A stretch of DNA of 64,000 bases from Myxococcaceae bacterium (GTDB lineage: Bacteria; Myxococcota; Myxococcia; Myxococcales; Myxococcaceae): contig JBJXGM010000129.1 of the NCBI GenBank assembly GCA_046155985.1, positions 2,773 to 66,772 of the forward strand, given 5' to 3'. The notes below the pieces were generated by a model. It ran no database searches and was not told where the DNA came from. It saw only the letters and a list, made by a program, of their open reading frames with translations. This document shows, one piece after another, positions 38,449 to 47,388 of the stretch. The first letter of the stretch is position 1. Every line of letters begins with the position of its first letter. The position numbers and the translations under genes are program-made.

Positions 38449-40557
38449 TCAAGGCCTTGTCATTGCGTCGGCGACCACCTCGGCGATGTCGCGAATTTGA
38501 ATGCCTTCACGTTGCGTGTCGTTCATCGCGTCACGCAACATGGTGGCGCAAAAAGGACATGCCACCGCGACCGTGCCGCTCGCCTGGCCAGTATAATCCC
38601 CCACTTTTCCTGGGCGGTCTTTGTCGACGGCCGAGGGGAATGGGACGGATGGGTCTGCAGCGTGCGCCAGCGTGAGCGCGGCTTCGTTGGCCCGGTTGTG
38701 GTTGATGCGTGTGCCGATTTTTTCTTCGAGCCACATGCGACCACCGCCTGCCCCGCAACAAAAACTCTGTCTCTTGCTGCGCTGCATTTCCACGACTTGA
38801 AGCCCGGGAACAGCGGCGAGTGCTTCGCGGGGCGCGTCGAAGACGCCGTTGTGTCTGCCCAAATAGCAAGGGTCGTGAAACGTGAGGCGCTGGGTGGAGG
38901 CCTGGGTCAGCTTCACGCGACCCTCGCGGATGAGGTCACGCAAAAGTTCTGTATGGGAGATGACTTTGTAGTTTCCCCCGAAGTCGGCGTACTCGTTTTT
39001 GAGCGTGTTGAAACAATGCGGGCATTGGGTGATGACGGCTTTGACCCCTAAGCCGTTCCAGGCTTCGACATTGGCTTTGGCCACCGTTTGAAAGAGGTAT
39101 TCGTTCCCCAGCCGTCGCACGGTTTCGGCGTTGCACACCTCGGATTTGCCAAGCGTCGCAAACTTCACGCCGGCTTCGCGCATGATTTTCACCAGCGCAC
39201 GACTGACTTTCTTTTGCCGGTCGTCGTAGCTGCCCGCGCAGCCCACGTAGAACAAGTACTCGTAGTCCCCGCCATCACCCCATTGCGGCAGGCTTAAGTC
39301 TTGCGCCCACTCGTCGCGTCGGTCCTGGCCAATGCCCCAGGGATTTCCTTGGCGCTCGATGCCCTCAAACACGCGTTGTGCCTCGGCAGGAAAATCCGCT
39401 TCCACCTGGACTTTATACCGGCGCATCTCGACGAGCCGCGGGACATTCTCAATGAAAACGGGACAGGCCTGCTCACACCAACCGCACGTCGTGCATGCCC
39501 ACACCGTTTCGGGCTTTAGAATGTTGCCCACCACCGCCGGGACTTCAGCGGGCGCGCCCGAAGCCGTCGGGGTTCGTGTCGCGAGCTGGGGGTTGTCCCA
39601 AATCCAATGCTTGAGGTCTTGGTTCACCGCTTTGTGCGTCAGCGGCTTGCCGGTGATGTACGTGGGGCAATGCGTTTGGCAGCGACCGCATTCGGTGCAG
39701 GAGTAAAGGTCGAGGCCCTCTTTCCACGTGAGATCGTGAACCGTTTTCGCGCCGAACTCTTCCTTTTCCAGATTTGGGGTTGAAAGTTTTCCACTCGGTG
39801 AAAGTCGCGCCAGAAAGACGCTCGGCAGCCCCGTGATGACGTGAAAGTGTTTTCCCCAGGGGAGAAAATTGAGAAACGCCAAAATGATGGCGAGGTGAAT
39901 CCAAAAGCAGACCTGGCCCAGCACGGCGACGAACGCCGGTGAAGCCGCGAAAAGCGGCGCAAGCAACGCAGCCACGGACGAAGTCACCGGCTCATAGGGC
40001 ACAAACCCCCGGCGCTCTGCCAACAGGTGGCTGGCGCCAAAAATGAACTCCGTCACCATCAGGCCGCTGATGAAGCCCAATATTAGATATGCCTCCCACG
40101 ACGGCGTGAGGCGCGCGGGCTTCACCCTCGCCCGCATCCAAACAAAGTACAGCGCGCCCAAGAGTGCGCCCGCCGCGGCAATGTCCTTGAGAAACAGGTA
40201 GCCGTAAAACAGCGCCGCGGGCAGGGGGTGGCTGTCCCAGAACGGATGGTGGCCGGTCCCCAAAAGGGCCAGCGCTTCTTGCGAGAATCCCATCACGAAC
40301 AACATGACGGTTCGCGCGGTCAAAACAACGAAGGCCCCAAAGACAAAAAAGTGCATCACCCCCGCCGTGCGCTCTTCGGGGTCCAGCATTCGTTTTTGGC
40401 CCAAACCAAATGCCAAGAGGCGTCGGAATCTTTCGCCGATTTGGTCGAGACGGTTGTCGGGACGCATCGCTCGCAGCGCTGCAAAGCGCACGTGCATCGT
40501 GTGTCCAAAGAACGTCAGCGCAATGAGGAGCAAAAGCGCCGTGGCAATTGGATTCAT
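38449..40557 (-). CDS. membrane-anchored (Fe-S)-binding oxidoreductase, HdrD/GlpC/DsrK-like with CCG domains
   Basis: The N-terminus is polytopic. There are two ferredoxin-type clusters (CTECGRCQTHCP and CTTCGWCEQACP). The C-terminal cysteine-rich CCG-type repeats include CPHCFNTL and FCCGAGGG. Confidence 0.8.
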   Translation of the reverse strand: MNPIATALLLLIALTFFGHTMHVRFAALRAMRPDNRLDQIGERFRRLLAFGLGQKRMLDPEERTAGVMHFFVFGAFVVLTARTVMLFVMGFSQEALALLGTGHHPFWDSHPLPAALFYGYLFLKDIAAAGALLGALYFVWMRARVKPARLTPSWEAYLILGFISGLMVTEFIFGASHLLAERRGFVPYEPVTSSVAALLAPLFAASPAFVAVLGQVCFWIHLAIILAFLNFLPWGKHFHVITGLPSVFLARLSPSGKLSTPNLEKEEFGAKTVHDLTWKEGLDLYSCTECGRCQTHCPTYITGKPLTHKAVNQDLKHWIWDNPQLATRTPTASGAPAEVPAVVGNILKPETVWACTTCGWCEQACPVFIENVPRLVEMRRYKVQVEADFPAEAQRVFEGIERQGNPWGIGQDRRDEWAQDLSLPQWGDGGDYEYLFYVGCAGSYDDRQKKVSRALVKIMREAGVKFATLGKSEVCNAETVRRLGNEYLFQTVAKANVEAWNGLGVKAVITQCPHCFNTLKNEYADFGGNYKVISHTELLRDLIREGRVKLTQASTQRLTFHDPCYLGRHNGVFDAPREALAAVPGLQVVEMQRSKRQSFCCGAGGGRMWLEEKIGTRINHNRANEAALTLAHAADPSVPFPSAVDKDRPGKVGDYTGQASGTVAVACPFCATMLRDAMNDTQREGIQIRDIAEVVADAMTRP

Positions 40558-40593
40558 GGGCGCAGGCTAACAGAACACGCGTGGTCTCTGGCG

Positions 40594-41334
40594 TTACGTT
40601 TCGTGCAGCAAGACTGGCGCAAACCCTGCCGCATCACATGAAGCCAAAACGTACCGGACGCCCCCGTGCTCACCGACAAAGCCGGCGGCAATCCCAGGGC
40701 CATGAAGGTGTCCGTACACGCAGACACCGGGTTGAAAGCGGCCTTCGATGATTTTTGAAAACGCCGTATCGCTCCCGTTGGCATAGCGCGGTGGAAAATG
40801 GACTGCGGCAATGCGAACGGCCGAAGCCCCCACCGACGTGGCCTGAGTGAGCGCGTCGTCGATGGACCGCTCGAGGCGTCGGCATTCGCGGTCGACGTAT
40901 TCGGAGCTGGCAGTTTCATCGCCCATTTCGCCACCTGGCATCGAGGGTGCTTCGGGCACGGTCCACAAGCGCGAGCCCGCAATGACGTAAGGGCCGACAG
41001 TCACCGCCGAGCCATGAAGAAAGCCCACAATGCTGGCATAGGGCGCAAGCACGCGCCGCAGCTTCGATGCGCTGTCGCCCCACCAATAGTCGTGGTTTCC
41101 GCGAAGAAGCACCTTTTTGCCGGGGCGGGCCTCAATCCAGGCAAGGTCTTCCAACACTTCGGTGGGTCTTGTGGCCCACGAGATGTCGCCCGCGATGATG
41201 ACGACATCTTCCGGCTTCACGCGCTCGTCCCAAGCCTTGGCCAGCGGTTTGGGGTGGCCCGTCCAACCGAAACGGTCCATGTCTTTGCCCCGCGTCGAAG
41301 GCAGGTGCGTGTCACCAATCGCGAACAACCGCAT
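40594..41334 (-). CDS. calcineurin-like metallophosphoesterase
   Basis: Motifs are MRLFAIGDTH, IIAGDIS, LRGNHDYW, VHFPP and VYGHLHG. The ATG at 41334 was chosen. The 172 upstream codons in the ORF track are antisense to ctaA and compositionally implausible. Confidence 0.85.
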   Translation of the reverse strand: MRLFAIGDTHLPSTRGKDMDRFGWTGHPKPLAKAWDERVKPEDVVIIAGDISWATRPTEVLEDLAWIEARPGKKVLLRGNHDYWWGDSASKLRRVLAPYASIVGFLHGSAVTVGPYVIAGSRLWTVPEAPSMPGGEMGDETASSEYVDRECRRLERSIDDALTQATSVGASAVRIAAVHFPPRYANGSDTAFSKIIEGRFQPGVCVYGHLHGPGIAAGFVGEHGGVRYVLASCDAAGFAPVLLHET

Positions 41335-41358
41335 GGCGTCGTGTATACACGTCAAAGC

Positions 41359-42294
41359 ATGCACGCGGCTTCTTTGCCTCGTTGGTTTCGGTGGCTGGCC
41401 TACGGGGCGCTCGCTTACAGCGTCGCAGTGATTCTGTTTGGGGCCTACGTTCGTGCGACCGGCTCCGGCGCAGGTTGCGGCGACCACTGGCCGACATGCC
41501 ACGGCGAAGTGATTCCGCGTGCGCCGGCACTTCAAACACAGATTGAGTTCACCCATCGGGTGACGAGTGGCATCGCGCTTCCGTTCGTTCTCGTTGTCGC
41601 GGCGGCCGCCTCGCGCCTTCGGGCATCGCGCGTCGTGCGGGTGTCGGCGTTCGCCGGCGTGTTCTTCATGGTGCTCGAGGCCGCCATCGGCGCGCTTTTG
41701 GTCAAAAAGCAGTGGGTGGCCACTGATGCGTCGCTGTCTCGAGCGGTCGCGCACGCGGCACACTTGGTCAACACCCTTTTTCTCTTGGCGGCGCAGACCG
41801 CGACGTGCGTCTTCGCTGGGAATGTGACCGCGCCCAAGTGGCGGGGCCAAGGTGCGCGGCTTTGGATTTTGGCCGGCCTGTGCGCTGGCATCATGGCGTT
41901 GGGCGCGTCTGGGGCCATTGCAGCGCTTGGGGACACATTGTTTCCTGCCACCTCGTTGGCTTCTGGCATGGCAGATGAATTTTCAAACACGGCGCACTTT
42001 CTCGTTCGGCTTCGCGTTTGGCATCCGCTCTTGGCCCTCGCGACGCTGCTGGCGTTGGGGTGGCTGTACGCGACGAGTTCCCCCGGTCAGCCGGGAATAC
42101 CGGCGCGCAGCGCGCTCCTGATTTTCAGTTCGCTGTATGCTGCACAACTTGTGGTCGGGCTGGTGAATTTGGGACTCTTGGCCCCCATTCCTCTCCAGCT
42201 GGTACACCTGTTCTTGGCCGACGCCGTTTGGATTTCCCTGGTCGGGTTGGTGCTCTGGGCCTTGTCCGAGCCGGCCGAGGCTCAGTCTCGATGA
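41359..42294 (+). CDS. ctaA: COX15/CtaA-family heme A synthase
   Basis: It reads WFRWLAYGALAYSVAVILFGAYVRATGSGAGCGDHWPTCHGEVIP and contains multiple TM helices with conserved His residues. The ATG at 41359 was chosen. Confidence 0.8.
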   Translation: MHAASLPRWFRWLAYGALAYSVAVILFGAYVRATGSGAGCGDHWPTCHGEVIPRAPALQTQIEFTHRVTSGIALPFVLVVAAAASRLRASRVVRVSAFAGVFFMVLEAAIGALLVKKQWVATDASLSRAVAHAAHLVNTLFLLAAQTATCVFAGNVTAPKWRGQGARLWILAGLCAGIMALGASGAIAALGDTLFPATSLASGMADEFSNTAHFLVRLRVWHPLLALATLLALGWLYATSSPGQPGIPARSALLIFSSLYAAQLVVGLVNLGLLAPIPLQLVHLFLADAVWISLVGLVLWALSEPAEAQSR

Positions 42295-42773
42295 GCCGCC
42301 TGGGTGCAGTCGTGGCCGTGGCCATTCTTGTGTCATGTGTCCATCACGAGGCTGCGCGCGAAACTGACGAAACGCCGCCGCATGCGGACCCGGGCAGAGA
42401 AGTCGAAACGTTGCTTCTGTTAGAGAAGGAACGCGCCCGCGCGATTTCTGAGGGCGATGCCTTCGCGTTGGGCCAACTGTTGGACGACGGATTTGTCTCC
42501 GTCGATGTCGAGGGCACTCGCCGCAACGGCCCCCAGGTGGTGGAGAAACTGCGCGCAGCGGCGACAGAGGCCGCTCGCCACCTCAAGCTGCACCTCGAAG
42601 ACCTCGCCGTGCACGCTGAAACACAACATGCCGTGGTCACCGGCCGTGAGATTCGTGAACAAGGAAGAGGTCCTCAACGAAAAACGCTGGAAGTCTTATT
42701 CACGCACACCTGGCGCCGGCGGGATGGCACGTGGCGATGGGCGGCGGCGCACGAAAGCGAAGTCCGGCGTTAG
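42291..42773 (+). CDS. SnoaL-like/DUF4440 (NTF2-fold) lipoprotein
   Basis: The signal/lipobox is MSRLGAVVAVAILVSC. The C-terminus THTWRRRDGTWRWAAAH is typical of DUF4440. There is an ATGA overlap with the ctaA stop. Confidence 0.65.
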   Translation: MSRLGAVVAVAILVSCVHHEAARETDETPPHADPGREVETLLLLEKERARAISEGDAFALGQLLDDGFVSVDVEGTRRNGPQVVEKLRAAATEAARHLKLHLEDLAVHAETQHAVVTGREIREQGRGPQRKTLEVLFTHTWRRRDGTWRWAAAHESEVRR

Positions 42774-42779
42774 CCGGGG

Positions 42780-43298
42780 TTAAACGCCATAAAAATTTTC
42801 GCGGGATACAGCTTCGTGGACAGCCTCAGCGCGGGCCGGGGGATGCGACCAGACGTACACTCGGTCTTCCTCGCCATGCGTGATAACGACCCAAAGTGTG
42901 GCGTCCCCATTCTTTGAAGCAATTCGAAACGCCTCCGCATGTTCTGGAGCCTGAACGGGGGCGTTGAGTCGCGGCCAAGCCAGCGGCTCATCGAAGATGG
43001 CGCCTGCCTGGCTGGTGTACAGCTCAAAGCGACCGTACGCATGAGGTGACAGGTCTTCCGGCTCCTTGAGCTTTGACACAAGAGGTCGAAGCACAAAAGG
43101 CACATACGTGTTCAGCGGGCTAGAACCCAAGTGAGCAACAAGTGGCGCGCTCGCACCCAAAGAAGCGGCAGCAGTGGCAGGCGCAGTTACTCCGGTGGTC
43201 GAAAGGGAGCCAGACGGACCTTGTTCTACGCGTCGCTCTACAGACGGAAACGATGCTGAATATGGGGAACGGCTGGGGAATGAAGGAGGTGTAGTCAT
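42780..43298 (-). CDS. hypothetical protein (172 aa)
   Basis: An ORF only. The N-terminus is Ser/Pro/Ala-rich. Confidence 0.4.
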   Translation of the reverse strand: MTTPPSFPSRSPYSASFPSVERRVEQGPSGSLSTTGVTAPATAAASLGASAPLVAHLGSSPLNTYVPFVLRPLVSKLKEPEDLSPHAYGRFELYTSQAGAIFDEPLAWPRLNAPVQAPEHAEAFRIASKNGDATLWVVITHGEEDRVYVWSHPPARAEAVHEAVSRENFYGV

Positions 43299-43339
43299 TG
43301 CCCTCCTATTCAGCCAACCGAACGGACGGTAGTCAAGGG

Positions 43340-44449
43340 CTAGAAGCCGTTCGGGCGTCGTTGGGGCGGGCCACCCATTCGTGGCGGTGGCGACATGGGC
43401 ATGCTTGGTGGAGGTCCCCCGCGTGAAAATCCGCCCGAATTGCCGCGAGGTGCGCCAAACGATGGCGCCGATGGCGGTGGCACAAATGGCCTTGCGTCGC
43501 GCACCCTATCTGGGGGCGGCGGGGGCGGTGCAGAGGGCATCGGTGCCGGCTGGGTCTGGACGAAGCCATTGCCTGGAGAAGCCATCGGGGGCGGTGCGAA
43601 CTCCGGGCGCCCCTCCCGCGGATGGGACCGAGGCTGAGGCATCGGTTGAGGCCGAGGCGGAAGTTCCGGACGATGCCCTTGGCCAGGGAAGGCGGTCACG
43701 CCAGGAGGCGGCGTGTGTGGCGTGATGTCGCGGACGACCTGAACCGGTGGAGCCTGAGGCATCGGCGTAGGTTGAGCAAAGCCGTTGCCGGGTGAACCCA
43801 TCGGGGGCGGTGCGAAACCGCCACCAGCACCACCACGTGAAGGGGGCGGACGTCCCGGTCCATCCGGGTTGGGAAAAGCGCCCACGCCCGGCGGAGGTGT
43901 TCTTCTGTCGGGGGGTTGCAGCGGTGAAGGCGAGAAAGGCTGCACGCCAACGCCTGGAGGAGGTGGTGCATACCGCGGTGGGTGGTTGCGGCCACGCGGC
44001 CCCATCCCTGGTCCGGGCATCACAGGGCCCGCAGCGTGAGGGCCGCGGTAAACGTACCCACGACGCCCACGGTCCCAAGAATACTGATTGCCCCAGGCGC
44101 CCGACGGGCCCCAATCGTGAAAGTGGCGCCCGTAGGTGTTGCAGAAACCGCCCGTCGGGAGCGGGTGGTAGTCGTAGTAGTAGAAACTCGACGCGTCGTA
44201 GAACGGCTCGTTCGCGTAGTAGTAGTTGCCGTTGAGCAGCGTATAGTCCTCAAAGGTCGGCGCGTACGCATGGTTGTGGCCGTAGTCGAAGTTGCACCAG
44301 CCACCGCTTGGAATCGGGTGGGCAGCGCCGAACGAATACGAAACAACTGCGGCAGCGGGTGAGTAGTAACGGTAACCCGGTGTGTAATACCGGACCGCGC
44401 AACCACTGCCGAAGAATGCGACAGCCGCAAGCAGACCCACGCGAAACAT
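43340..44449 (-). CDS. proline-rich repetitive lipoprotein with a Tyr/His/Cys-rich N-terminal domain
   Basis: The signal/lipobox is MFRVGLLAAVAFFGSGC. A motif is duplicated: HPIPSGGWCNFDYGHNHAY and HPLPTGGFCNTYGRHFHDW. The C-terminal half has repeats PPPGVGAFP / PPPGVTAFP and APPPMGSPGNGFAQ / APPPMASPGNGFVQ. The start could also be 44482. Confidence 0.6.
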   Translation of the reverse strand: MFRVGLLAAVAFFGSGCAVRYYTPGYRYYSPAAAVVSYSFGAAHPIPSGGWCNFDYGHNHAYAPTFEDYTLLNGNYYYANEPFYDASSFYYYDYHPLPTGGFCNTYGRHFHDWGPSGAWGNQYSWDRGRRGYVYRGPHAAGPVMPGPGMGPRGRNHPPRYAPPPPGVGVQPFSPSPLQPPDRRTPPPGVGAFPNPDGPGRPPPSRGGAGGGFAPPPMGSPGNGFAQPTPMPQAPPVQVVRDITPHTPPPGVTAFPGQGHRPELPPRPQPMPQPRSHPREGRPEFAPPPMASPGNGFVQTQPAPMPSAPPPPPPDRVRDARPFVPPPSAPSFGAPRGNSGGFSRGGPPPSMPMSPPPRMGGPPQRRPNGF

Positions 44450-44683
44450 AAAGACTCCCTGACGAGGCACTTGGGGCTTCATCGGATGCTTGGACCCTGG
44501 CCGTCGCAGAAAATTCAGGCTCACAAAATCCAGTCCATTCAAAGCTTTCCGCTACGGGTCACTTGGTTTGGACCAAGTCGCGCGCTGAGCCGACGCCATG
44601 GGGGATGCCTGATGTCTCGCAGGCTGGACGCGTGTCCGATGCGCGGGCCCGATAACCTGCTGTTCTCTCGAGGAAAGGCTGGG

Positions 44684-44699
44684 TGGCACAGGCGTTGCT
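44684..44699 (+). promoter_or_regulatory. sigma54 (-24/-12) promoter with a perfect core match
   Basis: TGGCACAGGCGTTGCT equals TGGCAC-N5-TTGCT. It lies 50 nt upstream of the ATG at 44749. Confidence 0.65.
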
Positions 44700-44748
44700 C
44701 TCGGGATCCAGTACCGGGAACTTCCTGCCATTCACAGCGAGTCTCAAA

Positions 44749-44868
44749 ATGTCAGTATCACTGCGTTATTCGTTCCTCGGGCTCGTCGTCCTCGTTGCTC
44801 CCGGCTGTGCGACCATCGTTAAGCGAGACGCTAGACGTAAGCGGGAGATACCAAGGCTTCGCCGGTAG
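44749..44868 (+). CDS. small (39 aa) putative lipoprotein with a basic tail
   Basis: The sequence is MSVSLRYSFLGLVVLVAPGCATIVKRDARRKREIPRLRR. It has a hydrophobic h-region and an APGC lipobox-like motif. It sits directly downstream of the sigma54 promoter. Confidence 0.4.
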   Translation: MSVSLRYSFLGLVVLVAPGCATIVKRDARRKREIPRLRR

Positions 44869-44889
44869 ACCGTGAGTCTGACCGCCGAG

Positions 44890-46329
44890 TCATTGGTCGG
44901 AGCGCCGCTGGTCCAGCAGGTAGCCGACGAAGACTTCAAGGTCGTGGGGCTGTGCACACGCAAAATCCAGCAAAGCATCGCTGCCCGACAAAGCTTCAAT
45001 GCAAGCAATGAAGCGTTCGTGCCACGAAGGGGCATCTGGTGTGGGCTGCGCGTGCCACCGCGCGAACAGACTTGCATGTTGAGGGTCTAGTGCGTGTGGC
45101 CACGCTTCGGCGACGTGCGCGAAGAGAGCCCGGCGAACGTGCGCCGCCGGCATCTGCGGCGTCAGTTGAATCACGGTGTCTGCGCCAAAGGTGCGCCGAG
45201 GCTTTCGGTCTGTCACCGTCGTGAGCGTGGTGAGAGCGTACCCCTGCGTCAGTCGAATCAGCTCTTCGATGGTTCGGCAGGTTTCGCGCAGCGCAGCGGG
45301 GTCCTGCACACGACGAAGGTTGATTTCGAGGGCGGCGGCCAGAATCCGCGCTTCGTGGGCACTCACGCAGCTATGCTCCAAGAGGTGTTGCCGCATTTGG
45401 GAAAGGGCTAACGCCAAACGCTTCACCGCAGGTTCGCGAAAAAACGCCTCGCGCAGCGCATCGTTTCTGTCGGGATGGGTGAGCAGCGCGTCCCGAAGCC
45501 GGGCCTTCGCGGTGCGCACGGTGTCCAAGTCTTTTCGCCAAGCATGACCAAAAGCGTCGCGACACACCAAAATCCACGCGCGCGCGTGTTGCGGAGGGCT
45601 TTGGGCACGCCGTTTCGTCGACGCCCGCCGAAGCAGGTCCTCGACGGTGCGCGGGCCGCCGTTATCCAGCCCGACGTGTGCGCGACGAAGAGCGGCTTGG
45701 GCTTCCGCAACGGTCGTTGGCGGTGTGTGCTGCCACGCAAGCCCCAGCGCGCGCAGCGGCGCGTGCGAGAGAAGTACGCCCAGGTCGTCGAGGAGAAAAC
45801 CAGCACTGCTCCAATTGCGTGCCGCGACGGCCGCCGCCAGCAGCCAGTCCAACTTTACGGAATCCACCATTCGTTCGAAATCGGTTTGCGGGGGTTGGGC
45901 ACCCACCAGGGCGGCTGCGAGCGGAAGACGTCCACTTCGCACATAACGTTGTACGCGCCCCTCCAAATCACCGATGCGCAACGCGGCGAGTGCAAGTTGA
46001 CGCAGCGCAGGCGCGGTTTTTTCGTTGCAGTGCCGATGAAGCGCGCACAACCGAAGCCCGACTTCAAGCCAGCGCGCCTGCGCTTGAGGTGCTGCAGGCG
46101 TGTGCAGCGTCTCCGTGCGCGCCGCTTGGTCGAACCTGTGAAGAATCGGCTCCAAGTCGGCCCAGATGTCCTTCCAATGACGAAAAGGGTGGCCACAGCG
46201 CAGTTCCCAAGCGCGATAGACGCCGGAAGCGACAGTGGATAGCAATGCTTCGTTTGGCGACGCCGCTGGGGACGCGACCGCATGAGTTCGATGCAATGCG
46301 GTGGCTGGTAAGGGTCGAAGACGGTCCAC
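44890..46329 (-). CDS. hypothetical protein (479 aa, helical and Ala/Arg/Leu-rich)
   Basis: A long clean ORF. No recognisable catalytic motifs were found. Confidence 0.5.
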   Translation of the reverse strand: MDRLRPLPATALHRTHAVASPAASPNEALLSTVASGVYRAWELRCGHPFRHWKDIWADLEPILHRFDQAARTETLHTPAAPQAQARWLEVGLRLCALHRHCNEKTAPALRQLALAALRIGDLEGRVQRYVRSGRLPLAAALVGAQPPQTDFERMVDSVKLDWLLAAAVAARNWSSAGFLLDDLGVLLSHAPLRALGLAWQHTPPTTVAEAQAALRRAHVGLDNGGPRTVEDLLRRASTKRRAQSPPQHARAWILVCRDAFGHAWRKDLDTVRTAKARLRDALLTHPDRNDALREAFFREPAVKRLALALSQMRQHLLEHSCVSAHEARILAAALEINLRRVQDPAALRETCRTIEELIRLTQGYALTTLTTVTDRKPRRTFGADTVIQLTPQMPAAHVRRALFAHVAEAWPHALDPQHASLFARWHAQPTPDAPSWHERFIACIEALSGSDALLDFACAQPHDLEVFVGYLLDQRRSDQ

Positions 46330-46378
46330 GGGCAGAAGAGTATCCGCCTCAGGCCGGCGAAGGTTTCCCCACGCTGAG

Positions 46379-47362
46379 CTAAATCAAGCGCGGCTTCACC
46401 CATCCCGCCCGGTGCGCGTCGGCGAAAGCCAGGGTGTGGTCAATGATGGCGCCGGCAATGTCCTGGCGCGTGGCACGCTCTAACCCTTCGAAACCTGGGC
46501 TGGAATTCACTTCCATCAGTTTTGGGCCGGACTTGGACTCCAACATGTCTACGCCCGCGACTTCGAGACCCATAATCTCAACGGCGCGAAGCGCGGCTCG
46601 CGCGTAGGCCGGCGGCAGGGCGATGGGCTTCCCCTTCCCTCCGCGATGAATGTTTGAGCGGAATTCTCCGCGCTTGGCTTTCCGGCGCATGGCGCCAACG
46701 ATTTTGGACCCGACAACCAGAGCGCGGATGTCTGAGCCTTTCGACTCCTCAATGAACTCCTGAAGGACGATTTCCTGACCCAGGTCCCAAAACGTATCGA
46801 GGATGCTCTGCACTTCGGCCAGCGTGTTGGCAATCATCACACCCACGCCCTGTGTTCCGCGCGAAAGCTTCACAATGGCCGGCAAGCCACCCACTTCTTG
46901 AACGAGTCGGGCGACGTCGCTTCTGTCGTGCGCCAGCACTGTCCGCGGCACGTCGACGCCAAAGCGCGAGAGCAGCTGAAGGCAACGGAGCTTGTCGCGA
47001 CTTCGCGCAATCGGCACGGAGTTGTTCAAAACAGGCACACCCATCATGTCGAACTGGTTCACGACCGCGAGGCCGTACGTGGTGATGGAGGCGCCGATGC
47101 GTGGGATGACGGCATGTAGGCCGGAAAGCTCCACGCCGCGATAGAGCATCCGGGGGTTTGTGGGGCCCAGCACCATGTTGCAGCGCAGCGTGTCCAGGAC
47201 CAGCGCCCGGTGGCCGCGGGCGCGAATCGCCTCCACAAGTTTTGTGGTGCTGTAGAGCGAGCGTTTGCGAGACAGAATCGCAATGTCGCGTCGCAGTGTC
47301 CGCTTCGAACGGGTGTTTGGCACCCGTCGTGCGCGTGTCGGACGTTTTTTCGGAGTGTCCAT
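46379..47362 (-). CDS. rimK: RimK-family alpha-L-glutamate ligase (ATP-grasp)
   Basis: It reads IAILSRKRSLYSTTKLVEAIRARGH … PAIVKLSRGTQGVGV … VLQEFIEESKGSDIRALVVG … AGVDMLES. There is a basic 24-aa N-terminal extension. The ATG at 47362 was chosen. Confidence 0.88.
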   Translation of the reverse strand: MDTPKKRPTRARRVPNTRSKRTLRRDIAILSRKRSLYSTTKLVEAIRARGHRALVLDTLRCNMVLGPTNPRMLYRGVELSGLHAVIPRIGASITTYGLAVVNQFDMMGVPVLNNSVPIARSRDKLRCLQLLSRFGVDVPRTVLAHDRSDVARLVQEVGGLPAIVKLSRGTQGVGVMIANTLAEVQSILDTFWDLGQEIVLQEFIEESKGSDIRALVVGSKIVGAMRRKAKRGEFRSNIHRGGKGKPIALPPAYARAALRAVEIMGLEVAGVDMLESKSGPKLMEVNSSPGFEGLERATRQDIAGAIIDHTLAFADAHRAGWVKPRLI

Positions 47363-47388
47363 AGGGAGCGGGCTAGCATCCTGCACGC

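Noticed and set aside
40798-41358. The N-terminal 187 codons of ORF 40798..42294.
   Set aside because: This segment is antisense to the metallophosphoesterase gene. CtaA homology begins at MHAASLPRWFRW (41359).
41335-41850. The N-terminal 172 codons of ORF 40594..41850.
   Set aside because: This segment is antisense to ctaA and compositionally implausible. The metallophosphoesterase homology starts at MRLFAIGDTH (ATG 41334).
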